The notes below the pieces were generated by a model that was given only the letters and a program-made list of their open reading frames with translations, was not told where the DNA came from and did no database searches. From contig CBDCXV010000011.1 in the NCBI GenBank assembly GCA_965223905.1, positions 1,440,001 to 1,504,000 of the forward strand: 64,000 nt of DNA, given 5' to 3'. The stretch is from Candidatus Latescibacterota bacterium. GTDB taxonomy: Bacteria > Latescibacterota > UBA2968 > UBA8231. Position numbers and translations under genes: made by a program. This document shows positions 48,820 through 57,320 of the stretch, one piece after another. Numbering within the stretch: position 1 is the first letter of the stretch; each line of letters begins with the position of its first letter.

Positions 48820-49596
48820 ATGCATATCGCCGTATTCGGCGCCGCCGGCTGGCTAGGCCGCGCCCTGCTCGGCAACCTGAAGGAGAAGCACATTGTCCGC
48901 GCCGTCGACCGCTCCCCGGATGCCTGGCGGGCCTGGGAGGACGTCGACGGAACCTGGGAGGGAGAGGTCGTTCACGGGGAGATCACCGACTTCGCTTCCG
49001 TCGATACCGCGCTCGAGGGGATGGACGCCGCGGTCCACGCGACCGCCTTCTTCCCCACGGACCGCCCTGCCGAGGAGGAGGCCGAGACCGCCTTCGCCGT
49101 CAACGTGCGCGGCCTGTGGAACTTCCTCGAAGCCGCCCGCCGCCGCGGCCTCAAACGGGTCGTCCACGTCGGCTCCTGCCAAAGCCGGCATCCGGACGGC
49201 CGCTTCTTCACCGCGGAAATGCGCCGGCCCGACGCCTCCCTCTACGCCGTGACCAAGCGGCTGCAGGAGGAGATGTGCCGCCAGTACCACGAGGGCCACG
49301 GCCTCTCCATCGTCGTCATGCGCCCCGACTACATAGTCGACAGCCGCATCGGCATGGGCCGCTTCCGCGAGCAGCTGGTGATGTCGCACCTGGGAAGCAG
49401 CGGCTGGGTCTGCCGGCACGATCTGGCGGATGCCTGCAGGCTCGCCCTCGAGTCGGAGAACATCCAATTCGACATCTTTCACACGGTGGGCGAACCCGAG
49501 GCCGACGCCACCTGCGACGTCGCCCGCTCCCGCGAGGTCCTGGGGCTGACATACCGGGGGGACCTCGCCCAGTACCGGACCGCAGAGAACCCGTAA
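48820..49596 (+). CDS. NAD-dependent epimerase/dehydrogenase (SDR)
   Basis: IAVFGAAGWLG, YAVTK. Confidence 0.88.
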   Translation: MHIAVFGAAGWLGRALLGNLKEKHIVRAVDRSPDAWRAWEDVDGTWEGEVVHGEITDFASVDTALEGMDAAVHATAFFPTDRPAEEEAETAFAVNVRGLWNFLEAARRRGLKRVVHVGSCQSRHPDGRFFTAEMRRPDASLYAVTKRLQEEMCRQYHEGHGLSIVVMRPDYIVDSRIGMGRFREQLVMSHLGSSGWVCRHDLADACRLALESENIQFDIFHTVGEPEADATCDVARSREVLGLTYRGDLAQYRTAENP

Positions 49597-49616
49597 ACAC
49601 GGAACGGAGACCCGAC

Positions 49617-50447
49617 ATGCCGCGGCGCGCGGACGCCCACATTCACCTTTTCGAGCACAGCCTGCAGGGCACCTTCCCCACCCGGCCGGGCGTGCAGATC
49701 GACGAGGCCGCCTGCTACGACTCGCTGGCCGGGGAGCACGACGTCGCCGCGGCCCTGATCGTCTGCCACAGGGGGGGCGGAAACGAGGGGAACAACGAAT
49801 ACGTGGCCGGCCTGAAACCGAAGTACGACTGGATCCGGCCCGCCGCTTACGTCGACCCGGGGGACCCCCCGTCGCTCGAAACCCTCGCGAAATGGCAGGA
49901 CCAGGGGTTCGTCGGCCTGGTGATGTACATCGACCCGGAGAACGTCGCGGGCCTGCGGACCTTCCCGGACGAGATCTGGGAATGGATGATCGCGCGGAAC
50001 TGGCTGCTCAGCGTCAACTCCAGGGGGGAGCTCTGGTCGGCCTGGCATGGGGTGCTCGAGCGCCACCCGCGGCTGCGCCTGGTGATGTCCCACCTCGGCC
50101 TGCCCGACCGGGTCGCCTCCCCCATCGGTCGGGAGCAGGCGCGGTCGGGGCTGAGCCACCAGACGGGCCTGGCCCGTTACCCGGAAGTGCGCGTCAAGCT
50201 CAGCGGGTTCTACGCCCTCACCGAACCCTGGTACGACTACCCCCACGAGCTCGCCTGGCCCTATGTCGAGGTGCTGATCGAGGCGTTCGGCGTCGAGCGG
50301 CTGCTGTGGGCATCCGATTTCACCCCCCACCTCAACCACCAGACCTTCCCGCAGACCCTCGGGCTGTTGTGGAAGATGCCCTTCCTCGGCGACGGCGACC
50401 GCGACCGCATCGCCGGGGAGAACCTGCTCGACCTGCTGGAAGGCTGA
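49617..50447 (+). CDS. Amidohydrolase_2 (lactonase-like)
   Basis: DAHIH, SHLGLP, VKLSG, LLWASDF. Confidence 0.88.
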   Translation: MPRRADAHIHLFEHSLQGTFPTRPGVQIDEAACYDSLAGEHDVAAALIVCHRGGGNEGNNEYVAGLKPKYDWIRPAAYVDPGDPPSLETLAKWQDQGFVGLVMYIDPENVAGLRTFPDEIWEWMIARNWLLSVNSRGELWSAWHGVLERHPRLRLVMSHLGLPDRVASPIGREQARSGLSHQTGLARYPEVRVKLSGFYALTEPWYDYPHELAWPYVEVLIEAFGVERLLWASDFTPHLNHQTFPQTLGLLWKMPFLGDGDRDRIAGENLLDLLEG

Positions 50448-50510
50448 AGCCCCTCCCGCAGGCGCAGGGCAGGCGAATCGACCGATTTCCCAAGACAGGA
50501 AAGGAGCCCC

Positions 50511-51773
50511 ATGAAAGTCACCGCAGTCGAACGCATCGTCGTCGACGTCCCCTTCACCACGCGCCAGCAGGAGATCACGCGCCAGTCGGTCTACAACTGG
50601 TCGATCCTCGAGCTGTGCAAGGTCGTCACCGACAGCGGCCACGTCGGCTGGGGGGAAACCGTCGTCCACTACACTTACGGCCGCGTCACCGACGACACGG
50701 TCGCCAGCGCGATCGGGCGCAGTCCCGCGGAGCTGATGAACGAGGACGGCCTCGGCGCCGGCCTGCAGATGGCCCTATTCGACGCCGTCGGCAAGATCCT
50801 CGAAGTGCCCGTGCACCAGCTGATCGCGCCCAAGGTGCGGGACTGGACCCCGATCTCCTGGTGGTGCAGCCACTCCTCGCCGGAGAACTGGGCCGCGGAG
50901 GCGGCCGAAGCGGTGGAGCACGGGTACACGAGCCTCAAGAACAAACCGCGGCCCTGGAACGACATCGTCGCCCAGGTCGACGCCATCTGCAAGGTGGTGC
51001 CGCCGCACTTCCACCTCGACCTCGATCCCAACGGCTCCTGGGAGAACGCCGCCAACGCGGTGCCGATCATGAAACGGCTCGAGGCCTTCGAGAACGTCGC
51101 CATGTTCGAGACCCCGATACCGCAGGACGACATCCTCGGCAACCGCCAGATCCGCCGGGCGGTCAACAGGCCGGTGGCCATGCACTTCGGCTCGCCGCCG
51201 TTCACCACCGCGGTGCGCGAGGAGGTCTGCGACGGCTTCGTCATCGGCGGCGGGAAGTCCAACACCGTCAGGCAGGGACAGTGCGCCGCGGAAGTCTCGA
51301 TGCCGTTCTGGCTGCAGATCGTCGGCAACGGGCTCACTACCACCTGGGACGCCCATCTCGGGGCGGTGCTGACCCACGCCAAGTGGCCGGCGATCAGCTG
51401 CATCAACCTCTACAGCCACCACCTGCTGAGCGAGCCGGTGCGCGTGGTCAACGGACACCAGCGCGTCCCCGACGGCCCCGGCCTCGGCGTCGAGGTGGAC
51501 GAGGACGCGGTCGAGCGCTTCCGGGTTCCGCAGGAGGTCCTCGACGAGCACGCCAGCCGGGGGGAGCTGTTCATCCACCCGAAACCGCGGCTGATCAACG
51601 CCGTCGTCTATCCGGACGGCACCTGCATTTACATGGACGGCCTCGCGACCCCCGGCACCTACGTAGAGGGAGTGCGCACCGAGATTCTCGACGACGACGG
51701 CTCGAAGGAGTGGGCGGAGCTGCACGGGCGGGTGCAGCGGGAAGGGCAGGTGGTCAGCCGCTGGGAGGGGTGA
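50511..51773 (+). CDS. Mandelate racemase/muconate lactonizing enzyme family
   Basis: GWGET, ALFDAVGK, KNK, LDPN, FETP, GPGLGVE. Confidence 0.88.
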   Translation: MKVTAVERIVVDVPFTTRQQEITRQSVYNWSILELCKVVTDSGHVGWGETVVHYTYGRVTDDTVASAIGRSPAELMNEDGLGAGLQMALFDAVGKILEVPVHQLIAPKVRDWTPISWWCSHSSPENWAAEAAEAVEHGYTSLKNKPRPWNDIVAQVDAICKVVPPHFHLDLDPNGSWENAANAVPIMKRLEAFENVAMFETPIPQDDILGNRQIRRAVNRPVAMHFGSPPFTTAVREEVCDGFVIGGGKSNTVRQGQCAAEVSMPFWLQIVGNGLTTTWDAHLGAVLTHAKWPAISCINLYSHHLLSEPVRVVNGHQRVPDGPGLGVEVDEDAVERFRVPQEVLDEHASRGELFIHPKPRLINAVVYPDGTCIYMDGLATPGTYVEGVRTEILDDDGSKEWAELHGRVQREGQVVSRWEG

Positions 51774-51865
51774 GGTGTCGAGGGTCGCAGAGCCCACGAG
51801 CCGGCGCCAGATCGAACGGGTGGAACCGCGGGGGGCAGTCGAAGCCTGATCCATTCCCGGTAGCT

Positions 51866-51919
51866 CCCGGGGGCGGTTTACGCTATTGAGTATTTTTACT
51901 CAGTAGTGTAATTTCCCGG
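51866..51919. promoter_or_regulatory. AT-rich inverted repeat immediately upstream of the ATPase start
   Basis: TTACGCTATTGAGTA-TTTT-TACTCAGTAGTGTAA (51878-51911), flanked by CCCGGG on both sides. Confidence 0.6.
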
Positions 51920-51921
51920 GC

Positions 51922-53199
51922 ATGGAGCCCTTCCAACGCCCCCAGGTCGACACGCTCGTCGAGCGCCTGGCCGAGCCCGCCCGCCACATCATCGCCCTCT
52001 TCGGGCCGCGCCAGACCGGCAAGACCACCATCGCCCGCCAGGCCCTGGGCCGGATCGACCTCGAAAGCCGCTACCTCGCGGTCGACGAGCCCGAGGTCCC
52101 CGGACTCCCCGCCCCGCACGATGAGGATGCGGCCACCTTCCGGTTGCACCCGGAGCGGGACTCGAAATGGCTGGTGCGCCAGTGGGACGCGGCCCGAGAG
52201 CAAGCGGGACGATCCCCGCGCGGGTCCGTGCTGGTCCTCGACGAGATCCAGAAGATCGAGGGGTGGTCGGAGACCGTGAAGGGGCTGTGGGACGCCGACC
52301 GCGCCCGGGACTGCCCCCTGCGCGTGGTCATCCTGGGCTCGGCTCCGCTGCTCATGCAGTCGGGGCTGAGCGAGAGCCTCGCCGGCCGCTTCGAGACCAT
52401 CCGCGTCACCCACTGGTCCTTCGCCGAGATGTCCGCGGCCTTCGGCTTCGACCTGCCGAAGTACCTCTACTTCGGAGGCTGGCCGGGGGCGGCGCCCCTC
52501 GTCCGGAACCCCGACCGGTGGCGCGGCTACATCCTCGGTGCCCTCGTGGAGCCGAACATCGAGCGCGACCTCCTGGCCATGACCCCGGTGAAAAAGCCGG
52601 CCCTGCTCAAGCGGCTTCTCGAGCTGGGCGCCGACTGCTCCGGGCAAATCCTTGCTTACAACAAGATGCTGGGCGAGCTCCAGGACGCCGGGAACACGAC
52701 CACCCTGGCGCGCTATCTCGACCTGCTCGCAAGCGCCGGCCTGCTCGCCGGCCTGCAGAAGCACACCGGCAGCCCCGCTTCGAGGCGGGCTTCCAGTCCC
52801 AAGCTCAACGTGCTGAACACCGCCCTGATGACGGCCGGCTCGGGGTACTCATTCGATGAAGCGCAGGCCGACCGCACCTTCTGGGGCCGCATCGTCGAGA
52901 GCGCCGTGGGCGCGCACCTGTTCAACACCGCCGAATCCGATATGCGCCTCCTCTACTGGCGGGAGGGGTCGAACGAGGTCGACTTCGTGCTGAAACGGGG
53001 GAACCGCGTGGTCGCCGTCGAGGTGAAGAGCGGCGAGGAGCGGAAGCCCACGCGAGGCCGGAGGCCGTTGCCGGGGATGGCTGCCTTCGAGGGGCGCTTC
53101 GGTCCCTGCGGCCGTCTGCTTGTCGGGGTGGACGGGGTTCCGCTCAACGAGTTCCTCACGGCACCCGCCGGTGAATGGTTCGAGGAAGCATGGGGGTGA
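51922..53199 (+). CDS. AAA_14 ATPase with DUF4143 / PD-(D/E)xK-like C-terminus
   Basis: GPRQTGKTT, LDEIQK, LGS, SLAGR, GGWP, EVDFV...VEVKS. Confidence 0.9.
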   Translation: MEPFQRPQVDTLVERLAEPARHIIALFGPRQTGKTTIARQALGRIDLESRYLAVDEPEVPGLPAPHDEDAATFRLHPERDSKWLVRQWDAAREQAGRSPRGSVLVLDEIQKIEGWSETVKGLWDADRARDCPLRVVILGSAPLLMQSGLSESLAGRFETIRVTHWSFAEMSAAFGFDLPKYLYFGGWPGAAPLVRNPDRWRGYILGALVEPNIERDLLAMTPVKKPALLKRLLELGADCSGQILAYNKMLGELQDAGNTTTLARYLDLLASAGLLAGLQKHTGSPASRRASSPKLNVLNTALMTAGSGYSFDEAQADRTFWGRIVESAVGAHLFNTAESDMRLLYWREGSNEVDFVLKRGNRVVAVEVKSGEERKPTRGRRPLPGMAAFEGRFGPCGRLLVGVDGVPLNEFLTAPAGEWFEEAWG

Positions 53200-56100
53200 T
53201 CGTCTCCCGCACCTGCACCGAGATCCCGGACGGGGACGGGGATCGGCATCACCGCGAGGAACGGCAGTCCCGCCCTTTGAAGGAGTACCGGGATACGCCG
53301 GCCTACGTGCTGGTAGGCGATCCCGGCGCCGGAAAGACGACTGCCTTCGAGATGGAGTGCGAGGCACTGGGGGAGGAGGCCCATTGCCTGATCACCGCCG
53401 ATAATTTCCTGAGCTACGACGTGAGTACTCTTCCATCCGAATGGCGGGAGAAGACGTTGTTCATCGATGGACTGGATGAAGTCAGGGCAGGCGCACAAGG
53501 AGCGAGCGAGTTCAGGGAGATCCGGAAGCTTCTGCGCGCGCTGGGCAAGCCGCGCTTCCGGCTGTCGTGCCGGGAGGCGGACTGGCTGGGGGAGAATGAC
53601 CGGCAGCACCTGGAATCCGTGTCGCCGGACTCCCAGGTGAAGGTGCTGCGCCTCGATCCCCTGACGGATGCGGACATCGCCTCGATCCTGGAGGGCCGGC
53701 GGGATCTCGCAGGTGGCCGTGAGTTCATCAAGGAGGCGCGAGAGCGGGGTGTCGAAGGGCTGTTGACGAACCCGCAGACCCTGAGAATGCTGGCCGATGT
53801 CGTCGGCGGGGGAGGCGGGTGGCCGGAGAACCGCATGGAGACCTTCGAGAAGGCTTGCCGGCAGATGGTCCGCGAACACAACGAGGAGCGTCAGTCGGCG
53901 GAAGAGTGGAGAAGACCACCTGCTCCCAACCAGCTTCTCGATGCTGCGGGACATCTCTGCGCAGTTCAACTGATCTCGGGCGGGGCTGGGTACACCTTGC
54001 GCGGCGAGCCGGACGAAGAGTACCCCGCTCTGGACCAGTGCGACTATAACCGCCAAGCGCTCCGGTTCGCACTCGCCACGAAGCTGTTCAAGAGCGCCTC
54101 CAGCAACCGCTTCACGCCCGTTCACCGCCACGTCGCCGAGTTCCTCGGAGCCCGGCACTTGGCCGGGGTCATCGAGGACGGGCTCCCGGCCCGCCGGGTC
54201 ATCGCCCTGATGGTGGGGGAGGACGGCGGCGTGGTCACGGAGATGAGGGGACTTTCCGCCTGGCTCGCGGCCCATTCCAGGGACGCCCGGACGGACCTCA
54301 TCGAACGCGACCCCATCGGCGTCGGGCTGTACGGAGACATCGGGGAGTTCACTGACTACGAGAAACGGACGCTGCTGGAATCCCTGAACCGAGAGGGAGA
54401 GCGGCTTGGTTCGGTCCGGTGGACGGCTGGGGCCTTCGGCGCCCTCGCTGCGCCGGATATGGAACCGGTGCTGAGGGAAGTTCTGGAAGACGAGGACCGC
54501 GGCGCGGACCACCAGACGTTCACCGACTTTGTCTTGTGTGCCTTGCAGGAAGGGGCGCCTCTGCCAGGGCTCAGTGCACTGCTGATCGAAATCGTCCGCG
54601 ACGAGACGAGGTGGCCTCGCGTCAATACTTCCGCCCTCAATGCCTTCATCCACAACTGCCCGGACAGCGAGGACAGAACAGGCGAGCTCAGGGGGCTGCT
54701 AGCTGAAATTCAAAGCGGCTGCCCCTCGGACCCGGACGACGAACTTCTCGGAATCCTGCTCGCAAAGCTCTATCCGCGGGATCTCCCGCCCTCGGAGGTG
54801 TGGGATTTCTACGGCAGGGGAAAACCGAATTTTTTCGGAAGCTACTACTACTTCTGGGAAATAGACCTGGTCCAGAACTCCTCGAATGAGCAGGTGGCCG
54901 AACTCCTCGACCATCTGACCAAGCGGCTTCCCGAACCGGTTTCCTCTCCAGAGGTTCTCCCAGTGTATCTCCTGGCTCGCGGCCTGAAAGCGCACGGAGA
55001 CCAACTGGATCCTGCGCGCCTGTACAACTGGCTCGACGTGGGCTGCCGGAAAAAGGCCATCGGTGGAAACGCAACTGGAGCATTTGCTTTCCCCAGACGC
55101 GACGAAAGTATTAACCAGATCCGCTCCTGGCTGGAAGAGCGACCCGAAATCCAGAAAGCCGTCATCCTGGAGGGGGTTACCCACTGTCCCAATGAATTCA
55201 ACCTCGCTGCATTTCGGCATCAGCACCTGCACCTGTCCAGCCTGCCGCCAGACTTCGGCCTCTGGTGCCTGGAGCAGGCGGTCTCCATGGCCGACGCCAA
55301 GCCGTTGGTTGCAGAGCACCTGTTGAAATGGGCATTAGGGGCGCATCGGGATCATGTAGGGGATGCGGGTCTGTCACTCGAAGTCCTGAAAGAACGGACA
55401 CAGGAGAAGGCGAGGTTGAAGGACCGGCTGGATCAACTACTGTCACCTTCGCCCATTCTCAAGGAGCACCTGCAATACGAGGAAGAAGGACGCCGGCAAC
55501 AGGAGGAGGAACAGCAGCAGTGGCTCGACCATGTCCGGTCCAACAAGACAGAACTACTCGAGAACCGGGCGGCGCCGGCGCTGCTCCACCATATTGCCAC
55601 GCTGAATCTCCAGGGGCCGCAGACCCTTGAAAAAAGCCTCGCTAGCGAGCGGGACATGATCGATGCGGCCCTCCACGGCCTCCGGAACTCGATCCACCGG
55701 GAGGATGTCCCGGCCTTGGAGGAAATCCTGCGCCTCAGGGAGCAGAACAGGTTGCACTATCTCGGCGAGCCGTTCCTGGCTGGAATCGAGGAAGCCGCCA
55801 AGACGACGGACGTATCCCGATGGGACGCCGGCCTTGTCAGCCGGGCGATAGCGTTCCACTGCAACTGGCCCCTCTTGAACCGGAGCTGCAGATGGTATGA
55901 GCGGCTCCTGTCCGAGCGTCCCGAGATGGTTGCTCAGGTGCTGGTGAAATCCGCGGTCTCCGGGTTCCGCAGTGGCCGCGAGCACATCGACATGATCTCC
56001 AAACTCGCGCATGACAAAGGCCATGCCCAGGTGGCTCGGCACGCGAGCCTGCCTCTGCTGCGCGCCTTTCCGACGCGCTGCAGGTCGCAGCAGATCGAGG

Positions 56101-57314
56101 CGCTCGACCACCTGCTCAAGGCTGCCATTCAACATGCGGATCGGAGGTCCCTTCAGGGATTGATCGACACGAAGCTGTCACGGAAGAGCATGGACGACGC
56201 CCAGCGCGTGTACTGGCTGGCGGCCGGGGTCATCGTTTCTCCAGAGGTGTACGCGCCTCTGTTGAAAGAATTTTCAGAGGGGCGAGAGGGGCGGATCCGG
56301 CGTCTGACGGCCTTTTTCTCTTACCCGGGTTCCGTGAGATCCGTTGCCGATAAACTGCAAAGTCCAGCGCTGCAACTCCTCATCGGTCTGGCGGGAAGCA
56401 CCGTGGGGCCGGATGAGCAGTGGAACGAAAAGGTGACCTACTTCACTCCTGCAATGGAGGCTTCCCGGTTTGCTGGTGACCTGATTCAGCGTCTCGCCGC
56501 CTGTCCGGCCAAGGAAGCCAGCGATGCGCTGGCCAGGCTTCTCGAGGACGAGTCCCTATCGCAGTGGCGCGACGTGCTGTCGCGGGCACAGGATGAGCAA
56601 CGGGTGATCCGCCGTGACGCCGGCTATCGCCACCCCGATATCGCCCAGATCTGCAAGACGTTGAACGGTGGAATCCCCGCCAACGCCGCGGATCTCTCAG
56701 CTCTCTTGATGGACTTGCTCCAGGGGCCACCTGAGTGCCCTCGGTGCCCACGCGGACGAGCCGAGGCGCATGCACAAGGCTCTGTTCGAGGTGTGCCGCT
56801 CGCCCTGCAGATCCGGAGCGGCAATACCGACGGCTGGCGTCAGTACTGGAATGTAGATTCGAACGGGAGCCCCACGGGACCGAGGCACGAGGACGTGTGC
56901 CGCGACGCCCTGCTCTCCGCCCTGCGACACCAACTCCCCCAAGGGGTCGACGCCCAGCCCGAGGGGCAGTACGCCAACGATAACCGCGCCGACATACGGG
57001 TTTCCTTCCGGTGCTTCCAGGTGCCGGTGGAAATCAAGAAGAACATGAACTGCAAGAGCAGGCACCGCGACTTATGGAGCGCGATGCGAAACCAGTTGAT
57101 CGCCAAGTACACCACCGACCCGGACACTGACGGATACGGCATCTACCTTGTATTCTGGTTCGGCAAGGAACACACCCCGCCGCCGCCCTCCGGCCGCCCC
57201 CCGGCCGGCCCCGAAGAACTGAGAGAGAGGCTGGCATCGGAAGCAAATCTGTCGCCCGTCGAAGCGCGGAAGATCTCGGTCTGCGTAGTCGACGTAAGTC
57301 GACCGGATGAATAA
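53196..57314 (+). CDS. NACHT/STAND-like NTPase with C-terminal PD-(D/E)xK-like domain
   Basis: VLVGDPGAGKTT, FIDGLDE, LSCR, NPQTL, PVHRHVAEFL; long helical region; PE...RADI...PVEIK...QL..KY...GIYLVFWFG. Confidence 0.8.
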   Translation: MIVSRTCTEIPDGDGDRHHREERQSRPLKEYRDTPAYVLVGDPGAGKTTAFEMECEALGEEAHCLITADNFLSYDVSTLPSEWREKTLFIDGLDEVRAGAQGASEFREIRKLLRALGKPRFRLSCREADWLGENDRQHLESVSPDSQVKVLRLDPLTDADIASILEGRRDLAGGREFIKEARERGVEGLLTNPQTLRMLADVVGGGGGWPENRMETFEKACRQMVREHNEERQSAEEWRRPPAPNQLLDAAGHLCAVQLISGGAGYTLRGEPDEEYPALDQCDYNRQALRFALATKLFKSASSNRFTPVHRHVAEFLGARHLAGVIEDGLPARRVIALMVGEDGGVVTEMRGLSAWLAAHSRDARTDLIERDPIGVGLYGDIGEFTDYEKRTLLESLNREGERLGSVRWTAGAFGALAAPDMEPVLREVLEDEDRGADHQTFTDFVLCALQEGAPLPGLSALLIEIVRDETRWPRVNTSALNAFIHNCPDSEDRTGELRGLLAEIQSGCPSDPDDELLGILLAKLYPRDLPPSEVWDFYGRGKPNFFGSYYYFWEIDLVQNSSNEQVAELLDHLTKRLPEPVSSPEVLPVYLLARGLKAHGDQLDPARLYNWLDVGCRKKAIGGNATGAFAFPRRDESINQIRSWLEERPEIQKAVILEGVTHCPNEFNLAAFRHQHLHLSSLPPDFGLWCLEQAVSMADAKPLVAEHLLKWALGAHRDHVGDAGLSLEVLKERTQEKARLKDRLDQLLSPSPILKEHLQYEEEGRRQQEEEQQQWLDHVRSNKTELLENRAAPALLHHIATLNLQGPQTLEKSLASERDMIDAALHGLRNSIHREDVPALEEILRLREQNRLHYLGEPFLAGIEEAAKTTDVSRWDAGLVSRAIAFHCNWPLLNRSCRWYERLLSERPEMVAQVLVKSAVSGFRSGREHIDMISKLAHDKGHAQVARHASLPLLRAFPTRCRSQQIEALDHLLKAAIQHADRRSLQGLIDTKLSRKSMDDAQRVYWLAAGVIVSPEVYAPLLKEFSEGREGRIRRLTAFFSYPGSVRSVADKLQSPALQLLIGLAGSTVGPDEQWNEKVTYFTPAMEASRFAGDLIQRLAACPAKEASDALARLLEDESLSQWRDVLSRAQDEQRVIRRDAGYRHPDIAQICKTLNGGIPANAADLSALLMDLLQGPPECPRCPRGRAEAHAQGSVRGVPLALQIRSGNTDGWRQYWNVDSNGSPTGPRHEDVCRDALLSALRHQLPQGVDAQPEGQYANDNRADIRVSFRCFQVPVEIKKNMNCKSRHRDLWSAMRNQLIAKYTTDPDTDGYGIYLVFWFGKEHTPPPPSGRPPAGPEELRERLASEANLSPVEARKISVCVVDVSRPDE
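56724..56798. repeat. Imperfect palindromic element apparently inserted in frame in the NACHT gene
   Basis: GGCCACCTGA...TCGAGGTGTGCC and GTGCCCTCGG...CCGAGGCGCAT pair; encodes an atypical GPPECPRCPRGRAEAHAQGSVRGVP segment. Confidence 0.45.
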
Positions 57315-57320
57315 GCGAGT

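Noticed and set aside
56724-56798. tRNA or integron attC interpretation of the palindromic insert (contains GTTCGA)
   Set aside because: No T-stem or cloverleaf, and no RYYYAAC/GTTRRRY ends.
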